Source: Deltaproteobacteria bacterium TL4 (GTDB lineage Bacteria; SAR324; NAC60-12). Taken from it: DNA of 11,625 bases. Made by a program: the position numbers and the translations under genes. Location of the stretch: NCBI GenBank assembly GCA_051382335.1, contig JBBCAX010000153.1, forward strand, positions 1-11,625. Reading direction: 5' to 3'. The notes below the pieces were generated by a model. The model was not told the DNA's origin. It saw nothing but the letters and a program-made list of their open reading frames with translations, and searched no databases. Shown piece after piece: positions 1-6,522 of the stretch (position 1 is its first letter; each line of letters starts with the position of its first letter).

Positions 1-204
1 TAAACTTCGTTCTAATAATTCCATAGAGTACACCTAATTGAGAGTTTAGTTTTTGTTGTAAAAAACTTTTTACTCTTTGGTGTACTCTTGTTCAAACTTT
101 TTATTAACGCTTCTAAAAACTGATAGAACTATTGAATACTATAAACAGTGTTTTATAGTCAATTAAAAATTTTCCATAAACGTTCGTTTTTAGTTGAGTG
201 TCCT

Positions 205-372
205 ATGAATCAAGAGAAAGTCCTGGTGCGAGTGGATCAAAGCGTTCCTGCAAGCTACCGAAGACGTGTAAAAAAGTTGGGCGGAGTTTGGAATGGAAAG
301 CTCAATGGATGGGAGATCGACAGGATGCAAGTCAGGCATCTGGATTTAGAGCATCGGATTTTGACGTTGTAA
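205..372 (+). CDS. Small hypothetical protein (55 aa), possibly a gene fragment
   Basis: ATG at 205 within the 148..372 ORF. Basic, protein-like sequence with a VKKLGGVWNGKLNGWE motif. No function assignable. Confidence 0.4.
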   Translation: MNQEKVLVRVDQSVPASYRRRVKKLGGVWNGKLNGWEIDRMQVRHLDLEHRILTL

Positions 373-453
373 GAAATGATAAAATTGCATTTTTCAGGAA
401 AAAGTTTTACAAAAGAGGAAACCATTCTGATGAACTCTTGTTTCAAGGAAACC

Positions 454-1020
454 ATGATGACTATGAAAACATTCTTTTTAGTGTGCCTGTTCGTGACAGG
501 ATTGATGTTATCCCCTCTTTATGCAGAAGACTGGGTGGGCAAGGAGGCTCCTGATTTATCTGGGGAGTTAGCTCCAGAACCCGGAAAGCTCAAAGTGAGT
601 GATTTGCTGGAAGAACTCAAGTTTGAACCCAAAGGAGACAAGTATCTTGCCAAACGACAACGCAATGTAGTGGTGCTCAATTTCTTTGCGACCTATTGCG
701 CCCCCTGTATTCGGGAGATTCCCACCTTCAATCGGCTGGCTCAGAGTATGAAAGACCAGCCTGTTAAGTTCCTGTATGTGAATGTAGATCAGGAAATCAC
801 TCAGGCTACGGTCAAAAAAATGATCGCCAAATTAAATCTGAGGGTTCCTGTCCTGCTGCCCCAACGGGAACATGCGGTGGCATCCTATGGAGCGGATTCC
901 CTCCCTCGCATCGTGGTGATTGACCGTGCTGGAAAAATCGCGGAGGTCATCACTGGCTTTGATGACCACCTTGAAGAGAAGCTCAAAACCCGAATCTCTG
1001 AATTATTGAAGACTCCTTGA
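454..1020 (+). CDS. TlpA/ResA-like exported thiol-disulfide oxidoreductase (thioredoxin fold)
   Basis: VVVLNFFATYCAPCIREIP (CxxC) and LPRIVVIDRAGKI motifs; hydrophobic signal peptide ending LYA. Start is probably 454 or 457 (AAGGA at 445-449) rather than 376. Confidence 0.88.
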   Translation: MMTMKTFFLVCLFVTGLMLSPLYAEDWVGKEAPDLSGELAPEPGKLKVSDLLEELKFEPKGDKYLAKRQRNVVVLNFFATYCAPCIREIPTFNRLAQSMKDQPVKFLYVNVDQEITQATVKKMIAKLNLRVPVLLPQREHAVASYGADSLPRIVVIDRAGKIAEVITGFDDHLEEKLKTRISELLKTP

Positions 1021-1025
1021 AAAAA

Positions 1026-1067
1026 AGGATGGGCACGTCCGCTAAAGCTCGCCTTTGCCCATCCTGC
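1026..1067. repeat. REP-like palindrome / stem-loop between the tlpA-like gene and the DGR target
   Basis: Perfect 10-bp inverted repeat AGGATGGGCA (1026-1035) / TGCCCATCCT (1056-1065) with a 20-nt loop. Confidence 0.65.
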
Positions 1068-1081
1068 GATTAAAACTCTGT

Positions 1082-1109
1082 CCTTTAACCTTTAACCTCG
1101 AACCTTAAA
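1082..1109 (+). repeat. Degenerate 7-bp tandem repeat (4 units)
   Basis: CCTTTAA CCTTTAA CCTCGAA CCTTAAA, ending 6 nt before the target ATG. Confidence 0.6.
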
Positions 1110-1115
1110 ACTTCT

Positions 1116-3638
1116 ATGAAATCTCTGCTCACCCTGCTTCTGCTATTGTTCATCACATTCCCTGTCCAGGCAAAAACCATGAAAGATGCCTCTGAGGAAC
1201 TGGCTCGGCAACTTGCCACCAAACTCAAAGCCGATACCAAGGAAGACCTGGTGGTGAATGTGTATCACTACCTGACCAAAAAAGAGGACAGCAAGGCAGG
1301 GGATATATCCGCCGAGTTATTCATGGCTCTGCGCAACCAGTTCCCCAACGCCACGCTCAAGGACGCTCGTGACGCGGGGATTGCCGGGACTTCCTACAAT
1401 GTGCTGTGGCTGGATGTAGCGTATGAACCCAAGGGCAAAATGATTATCCTCAATGCCAAGGTACTTCAGGGCATTGATAAAAAAATCATCACCCAGATGA
1501 AAGTGGAGTATGAATCCGAAGCACAGCAAACTATGCTGATGGGTGTATTTGATATTGATTCCAAAGAGTTGAGTGTGGATCAGAAAACAGCTTACAGTCG
1601 GGTATTCCGCTCTGCGCTGACGAACCAGGGTTTTAAGCTTTCCAGCACAGCGGAGACCGACCAGAAGAAGATTGAGTCGCTGAAGGAAGTGGGATGCAGC
1701 CTGGATAAATGCGCCCTTGAGGTCGGGAAGGAAAACAAGATGAGCCATGTGGTTTCGACTCAATACCTGAAACTGGGTGAAAAAAGATACCAGTTTTCCG
1801 CAACTCTGCATGACATCGAAAAAGGCAGCAGTAATACCCAGTTTGTCAACCATAACGGCAATCCGGATACCATTGAATCTGCTCTTCAGGAACTGGCGGC
1901 TTTGCTGGCAGGAAAGAAAGCCGGGAGTGGTAGCGCAGCCTTCGTGAGTGCGGGTCCGCTCAATGAAGGGGTGAGTGGGGTAGAATTAATGACCCCTCAA
2001 GTGAGTGGGAATACCTCCTCCTCAACCGCAATTTTAGTCATCACCAGTATTCCGAGTGAGGCGGAAGTGTTTCTGGGCAACGCCAAAGCGGGCAAAACTC
2101 CGTATCAGAAAACCGGATTGCAAGTCGGGCAAACCTTGCGGGTAACCCTCAAAAAACCGGACTACCATGACAAAACCCTGGAACTGCCTCTCAGTGGAGG
2201 TACCAACAAATTTACCAACCTCAAACTGATCCCCAAATTCGGAAGCCTGCAAATCACCAGCGATCCAGCAGGAGCAGAGGTTTATCTGGCGGATGAAAAA
2301 GTGGGAGAAACCCCTTACAGCAATGACCATGCTTTATCTGGAACGTATTTGCTGAGTCTCAAAAAGCCTCTGTATCTGCCGATTGAAAACCAGAGTGTGG
2401 AAATCCAGGATGGCGGAACTCTACCTCTCAAGCTCAAACTGGAACCCAACTTTGGAGAAACCCTGGTGGAAAGTACTCCTGCCGGAGCCTCCCTCAAGGT
2501 TCTGGATGGAACCGGAAATACCGTTCTGACCGAAACCAGCCCCACCACCTTGAAACTGGAACCTGGAGCGTACCGGCTGATTCTGGAAAAAGCCGGTTAT
2601 GCCCCTCTGGAATTCAAACTGAATGTCGCTCGCAAACAACAACAAACAATCCGTGGTACCACCGCAACTCTCCGAAAACTGGAAGGAACGGTAACAATTA
2701 CGGCCACCCCCTTTGAGGATGGAACCAAAGTCCTTGTGGATGGGCAGGACATGGGAGAATCCCCCGCTGTGCTGAAACTGTCCGCCGGGTCTCATGAAAT
2801 CACCGTCCGTTCTGCCGACAAGGAAGGCACGCAAACCCTCACCGTTAAAGATCAACAAAGCCTGGAAGTCGAAATCAAACTGGAGGAAGGACTTAAAGCG
2901 GTAGGAGGTTTTGTCCTGATCAAACCCGGAAGTTTTACGATGGGAGGAGATGGCGATACAGCCCATCGGGTAACGATCAGCAAGCCGTTTTACATCAGTG
3001 ATCATGAGGTGACGGTGGGAGAATTTAAATCATTTGTGAAGGCAAGCGGGTATCGAACGGAAGCAGAGCAGAGTGATGGGTGTTACGGATGGAATGGAAG
3101 TCGCTGGGACAAAAAAGCGGAATATAACTGGAAAAATGTGGGAATCCCCCAGGAGGATCAACACCCTGTGGCATGTGTGAGTTGGAACGATACGCAGAAA
3201 TACCTTGAGTGGTTGAATCAGAAGGAACGAGGCAAAGGTTATCGGCTCTGTACGGAAGCGGAGTGGGAGTATGCGGCACGAGCTGGAACTACGACTAAAT
3301 GGTATTGCGGGGACAATGAATCGTGTCTGGATAGCATTGCCTGGTATACCAAGAACACGAACGACTCAGGAACCCGACCTGTCAGAACCAAACAACCGAA
3401 TGCCTGGAAACTGTATGATATGAGCGGGAATGTGTGGGAGTGGGTGCAGGATTGGTATGGGGATTACAGCAGTAGTGCACAGACAGATCCAAAGGGTGAT
3501 TCATCAGGCTCGAGCCGTGTGTATCGTGGCGGCAGTTTCTACAACCTTGCCGACTACGCGCGTTCGGCGTATCGCGACGGCTTCGATCCGTCCGGCCGCG
3601 GCGGCGCCGTGGGTTTTCGCGCCTGCGCAGTTAAGTAG
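1116..3638 (+). CDS. DGR target protein: secreted PEGA-repeat plus FGE-sulfatase (SUMF1-like, CLec fold) domain protein
   Basis: Signal peptide MKSLLTLLLLLFITFPVQA; four PEGA-like starts (ITSIPSEAEVFL, ITSDPAGAEVYL, VESTPAGASLKV, ITATPFEDGTKVLVDG); FGE-type motifs HEVTVGEF, HPVACVSWND, RLCTEAEWEYAARAG, PNAWKLYDMSGNVWEW, RGGSF, GFR. The 3' end contains the VR. Confidence 0.95.
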   Translation: MKSLLTLLLLLFITFPVQAKTMKDASEELARQLATKLKADTKEDLVVNVYHYLTKKEDSKAGDISAELFMALRNQFPNATLKDARDAGIAGTSYNVLWLDVAYEPKGKMIILNAKVLQGIDKKIITQMKVEYESEAQQTMLMGVFDIDSKELSVDQKTAYSRVFRSALTNQGFKLSSTAETDQKKIESLKEVGCSLDKCALEVGKENKMSHVVSTQYLKLGEKRYQFSATLHDIEKGSSNTQFVNHNGNPDTIESALQELAALLAGKKAGSGSAAFVSAGPLNEGVSGVELMTPQVSGNTSSSTAILVITSIPSEAEVFLGNAKAGKTPYQKTGLQVGQTLRVTLKKPDYHDKTLELPLSGGTNKFTNLKLIPKFGSLQITSDPAGAEVYLADEKVGETPYSNDHALSGTYLLSLKKPLYLPIENQSVEIQDGGTLPLKLKLEPNFGETLVESTPAGASLKVLDGTGNTVLTETSPTTLKLEPGAYRLILEKAGYAPLEFKLNVARKQQQTIRGTTATLRKLEGTVTITATPFEDGTKVLVDGQDMGESPAVLKLSAGSHEITVRSADKEGTQTLTVKDQQSLEVEIKLEEGLKAVGGFVLIKPGSFTMGGDGDTAHRVTISKPFYISDHEVTVGEFKSFVKASGYRTEAEQSDGCYGWNGSRWDKKAEYNWKNVGIPQEDQHPVACVSWNDTQKYLEWLNQKERGKGYRLCTEAEWEYAARAGTTTKWYCGDNESCLDSIAWYTKNTNDSGTRPVRTKQPNAWKLYDMSGNVWEWVQDWYGDYSSSAQTDPKGDSSGSSRVYRGGSFYNLADYARSAYRDGFDPSGRGGAVGFRACAVK
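3506..3630 (+). repeat. DGR variable repeat (VR)
   Basis: Ungapped 125-bp match to 5942-6066 (offset 2436) with 21 differences, all opposite TR adenines. The last 21 bp (3610-3630) are identical. May extend 4 bp to 3502. Confidence 0.97.
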
Positions 3639-3818
3639 CACTGGGTCACTTTTACCCTTTTACCCTTTAAATAGTTTCATATTTTAGCCTTTATTTTCAA
3701 TCGGTTATGTGCGTTTTGTGGAGCGTTAGCGAAACAAAACCTGTTTTTCCTGGGTTGGATTTTAGGAGGGGAGTGTTTATCGCACTCTCCCTAACCTCCT
3801 TTTAGGAGATGTGACGGT

Positions 3819-3910
3819 TCATGCATGAGCGTAAGCTCCCATGCATGCACAGCACAGCAGTTATGCATGACTCCATGCATGGGAATGTTTTTTTATGCAT
3901 AGCTATGCAT
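3819..3910. repeat. Cluster of ATGCAT palindromes
   Basis: ATGCAT at 3821, 3841, 3863, 3875, 3895 and 3905; a seventh at 4032. Confidence 0.85.
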
Positions 3911-3971
3911 GATGACCTCGTAAAAAGTCAGAGTTGGCAAAATTCATGAAAAATAAATGTAATCAATTCAA

Positions 3972-3980
3972 TGATATAAT
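3972..3980 (+). promoter_or_regulatory. Candidate extended -10 promoter for hrdc-avd-rt
   Basis: TGATATAAT matches TGnTATAAT, about 75 nt upstream of the ATG at 4055. The AT-rich context weakens the call. Confidence 0.45.
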
Positions 3981-4054
3981 TTTTTGAATATGCCGGTTTT
4001 TCTCTCATTTTCGACTTTTTACGAATCCATCATGCATGAAAGAGTAACTTTTTT

Positions 4055-4531
4055 ATGAAGATCAAAATTCTGACTCTTGAATTCAGCCGACTTTTAAAAG
4101 GCTTTGATTGCCTTCCCCTGGAGCAGTTCGCTGCGGATAAAACGATCCGGCAGGTGGAGTCCTCTTTTTTCACCGAGGATCAACGCCATTACCTCACGCT
4201 GGTGATTCAGTATGACGGGCTTCCGGAAAGCAGACCCCAGGAACCACGCAAACAGTTTTCTCCCCGTTCTTATCCAGATCCCAAACAATCGCTGACTTCA
4301 GAAGAACTGCCTCTGTTTGAGACGCTTCGGGAGTGGCGCAAAGCCCAGAGTGAGAGGGAAGGGATTCCGCATTATATTGTCTTGAAAAACCAGCAACTGG
4401 TGGATCTGGTCAAACAAAGACCCACCACCCTCGCTCAACTGCAAACCATTTCCGGGATTGGATCGGCCAAGTCCGCCAAATATGGAGAAGCCCTGCTCAC
4501 CCTTTTACGGAAGGAACCCGAAAATGCCTGA
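4055..4531 (+). CDS. HRDC-domain DGR accessory protein
   Basis: C-terminal LFETLREWRKAQSEREGIPHYIVLKNQQLVDLVKQRPTTLAQLQTISGIGSAKSAKYGEALL is a typical HRDC domain with no helicase core. Overlaps the avd start (ATGCCTGA, 4524-4531). Confidence 0.9.
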   Translation: MKIKILTLEFSRLLKGFDCLPLEQFAADKTIRQVESSFFTEDQRHYLTLVIQYDGLPESRPQEPRKQFSPRSYPDPKQSLTSEELPLFETLREWRKAQSEREGIPHYIVLKNQQLVDLVKQRPTTLAQLQTISGIGSAKSAKYGEALLTLLRKEPENA

Positions 4532-4892
4532 AGAACTTCCCCTGTTTACGCACTGGATGGAATTTGTGTCCTGGTTGCTGAATACCACGGAAAAATGCCC
4601 CAAACGATTACGGTTTACCTTGACCCAACGGATTGAGAATCATGCGCTGGATATTGTGGAGGAACTGGTTCAGGCCAGGTACAGCAAAGGCGTTGAAAAA
4701 AAGCAGATCCTGCAAAGGATCAATCTCACGCTGGAACGGCTGAGAATCCTGTTGAGACTTGGGTTTCAGCAACAAGCTCTGACTCAAAAGCAGTATGAAT
4801 ACGCTCTCCGACAAATCCAGGAAGCAGGCAAGATGGTGGGAGGCTGGAGCAAGCAGCAAGGAGCGGGAGACTCCCCGGAGAAGTTGGGATGA
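4524..4892 (+). CDS. avd: DGR accessory variability determinant Avd (four-helix bundle, 122 aa)
   Basis: PKRLRFTLTQRIEN, LERLRILLRL and QYEYALRQIQEAGKMVGGW motifs. ATG at 4524 preceded by AAGGA (4511-4515). ATGA overlap with the RT gene. Confidence 0.93.
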   Translation: MPEELPLFTHWMEFVSWLLNTTEKCPKRLRFTLTQRIENHALDIVEELVQARYSKGVEKKQILQRINLTLERLRILLRLGFQQQALTQKQYEYALRQIQEAGKMVGGWSKQQGAGDSPEKLG

Positions 4893-5914
4893 AACGGTAT
4901 CGCGGTCTGTTTGAGCGGGTGGTCTGTTTTGAAAATTTGTTTAAGGCTGCCCACAGAGCTTTTGCGGGGAAAAAGGACAACGAGCGGGTGGCACGGTTTT
5001 ATTTTCATCTGGAAACCGAATTATTGAGCCTGGAGCAGGAATTGAAAGAGGGAACCTATCAGATGGCTCCTTACCGGAAATTCAAGGTTTATGAACCCAA
5101 GGAACGTCAGATTTGTGCTGCTGATTTTCGGGATCGGGTGGTGCATCACGCAATCTGTCAGGTGCTGGAGCCGATTTGGGATCGGACCCTGATTTTTGAT
5201 ACCTATGCCTGCCGCAAGGACAAGGGAACTCATCAAGCGATCCAGCGAGCTCAGGAATTTTGCCGGAAGTATCCCTTTTATTTCAAGTGTGATATCCGGA
5301 AGTATTTTGAATCCATTGACCATGAGTGTCTCAAACGAATCCTCCGAAAAAAAATCAAGGATGTCCCGCTTTTGAACTTGTTGGATCAAATCATTGATGA
5401 CTCTGGAAATGAGTCACCTCCAGGAAAGGGGGTTCCCATCGGGAATCTGACGAGCCAGCACTTTGCGAATTTGTATCTGGGAGAATTAGATCAACTTTTG
5501 AAAAGCGGCTCAGGCGTCAAAGGGTATCTGAGATACATGGATGATCTTTTGTGTTTTGGAAATTCAAAAGGAGAACTGGATGAACGAAAGACCCAGATCG
5601 AAGCGTTTCTTCAGTACCCCCTGAAACTGGAACTGAAGACCAAAGCCTCCCGCCTGGCTCCTGTTTCAGAAGGGATTCCCTTTCTGGGAGTGCGAATTTT
5701 TCCAGCGACCATTCGTTTGCAACGAGAACGCTGGATACGGTTTCAGAGGAAGCTGAAACAACGAGAAAAGGAGTTAACACATGGTCTTCTGGAAGAAGAT
5801 CAATTCCTTCATTCGGTGCGGGGGTTGATTGAGCAAGCTCGTTGGGGAGACACCCTGAGATTGCGACAAGGCTTTTTCAAGAACCGGATTGTCTTTCAGA
5901 CGATTCTTGAGTAG
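4889..5914 (+). CDS. DGR-type reverse transcriptase (341 aa)
   Basis: Motifs EPKERQI, FRDRVVHHA, KCDIRKYFESIDH, GVPIGNLTSQHFANLYL, YLRYMDD and GIPFLG. No maturase or endonuclease extension. Lies between avd and TR. Confidence 0.97.
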   Translation: MKRYRGLFERVVCFENLFKAAHRAFAGKKDNERVARFYFHLETELLSLEQELKEGTYQMAPYRKFKVYEPKERQICAADFRDRVVHHAICQVLEPIWDRTLIFDTYACRKDKGTHQAIQRAQEFCRKYPFYFKCDIRKYFESIDHECLKRILRKKIKDVPLLNLLDQIIDDSGNESPPGKGVPIGNLTSQHFANLYLGELDQLLKSGSGVKGYLRYMDDLLCFGNSKGELDERKTQIEAFLQYPLKLELKTKASRLAPVSEGIPFLGVRIFPATIRLQRERWIRFQRKLKQREKELTHGLLEEDQFLHSVRGLIEQARWGDTLRLRQGFFKNRIVFQTILE

Positions 5915-5941
5915 AGAGTGAGAAGGCTTCGGAAAGGCATA

Positions 5942-6066
5942 AGGCTCGAACCGTGTGAATCGTGGCGGCAGTTTCAACAACAATGCCGACAACGCGCGTT
6001 CGGCGAATCGCAACAACAACGATCCGTCCAACCGCAACAACAACATGGGTTTTCGCGCCTGCGCAG
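5942..6066 (+). repeat. DGR template repeat (TR)
   Basis: Adenine-rich copy of the VR with 14 AAY codons in the VR frame (GSNRVNRGGSFNNNADNARSANRNNNDPSNRNNNMGFRACA), starting 28 nt after the RT stop. Confidence 0.97.
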
Positions 6067-6174
6067 CCCGGGACCTGTGTCCGAAGTCGAGTGTTCAAGG
6101 ATACTCGTCCAGTACCCTGTTCCGAACCGTCTTTCCTGGAGCCTGTGCCGCAGAATGCGGACGAATAACAGCCG

Positions 6175-6226
6175 ACCTCTCACGGTTGGTACCTTCGGGG
6201 AAGGTCGTGAGGGGTTCTCTCTTTTC
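6175..6226 (+). terminator. Stem-loop with pyrimidine tail: candidate 3' end of the TR-containing RNA
   Basis: ACCTCTCACG (6175-6184) pairs with CGTGAGGGGT (6206-6215, one G-U); inner ACCTTC/GAAGGT (6191-6205); followed by TCTCTCTTTTC. Confidence 0.55.
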
Positions 6227-6265
6227 AATTGAAGTGAACTTGATAACATCCAATTTACCCTGGAA

Positions 6266-6399
6266 TGTGTCGCAGACCGCCGTTTCTGACACACTCTGCA
6301 ACTCCCTCCAAAATCCTCCCTGGAAGGCTTATTCTGTGTATTAAAACTCATGTCGAAAACGATGGGTCATGAGTTTTGAAACCGGATGAGTTTCGACAC
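6266..6399. repeat. Array of inverted half-sites (res-like or operator-like)
   Basis: GTGTCGCAGAC-4-GTTTCTGACAC (6267-6292), AAAACTCATG/CATGAGTTTT (6343-6352/6368-6377) and TGTCGAAA/TTTCGACA (6351-6358/6391-6398). Confidence 0.5.
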
Positions 6400-6467
6400 G
6401 AAATAGGCTCTATTTTGATTTTATATATACAGCTATTTTTTTCTCTGGAAAGGGGGAACGGGGGGAA

Positions 6468-6487
6468 ACCGTCTCTCTGGAGACGGT
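6468..6487. terminator. Perfect hairpin downstream of the minus-strand genes
   Basis: ACCGTCTC-TCTG-GAGACGGT (8-bp stem). On the minus strand it is followed by TTCCCCC, which is only a weak U-tract. Confidence 0.4.
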
Positions 6488-6505
6488 GCCAACTCTGGAA
6501 GCCAA

Positions 6506-6521
6506 AACCAGGGCTTGCGCC
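6506..6521 (+). repeat. 16-bp direct repeat, copy 1
   Basis: AACCAGGGCTTGCGCC, identical to 7343-7358. Confidence 0.9.
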
Positions 6522-6522
6522 A

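Larger units (their letters stand above)
1116..6225 (+). mobile_element. Diversity-generating retroelement cassette: target(VR)-hrdc-avd-rt-TR
   Basis: All core components are present, co-oriented and have open reading frames. Outer boundaries are approximate. Confidence 0.95.

Noticed and set aside
376..453. N-terminal extension of the TlpA-like ORF
   Set aside because: It would bury the signal peptide; a downstream ATG with AAGGA is more plausible.
1317..3279. Minus-strand ORFs within the target gene, and similar shadow ORFs in RT, Sak4-like, istA and istB
   Set aside because: Antisense or alternate-frame shadows of well-supported genes with no recognisable motifs.
2900..3638. Target as an active formylglycine-generating enzyme
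   Set aside because: The region where FGE carries its catalytic cysteines (after RGGS) is the hypervariable VR and lacks them, so the fold is probably used for binding.
3819..3910. CRISPR array or iteron set
   Set aside because: Units are 6-10 bp with irregular spacing; no 23-47 bp repeats with spacers and no cas or rep gene.
3934..3949. Sigma-54 promoter at TTGGCA
   Set aside because: The -12 position reads GA rather than the required GC.
4458..4523. Longer N-terminus of Avd from the ORF track
   Set aside because: It overlaps the HRDC gene extensively; ATG 4524 has an RBS and gives a typical Avd length.
4889..5914. RT as group II intron, retron or CRISPR-associated RT
   Set aside because: No maturase, endonuclease or Cas1 domain; adjacent avd and an A-specific TR/VR pair identify it as DGR-type.
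5955..6344. 129-aa Asn-rich ORF and other ORFs overlapping the TR
   Set aside because: It is the TR read in the VR frame (AAY codons) running into the spacer, best explained as non-coding template RNA.
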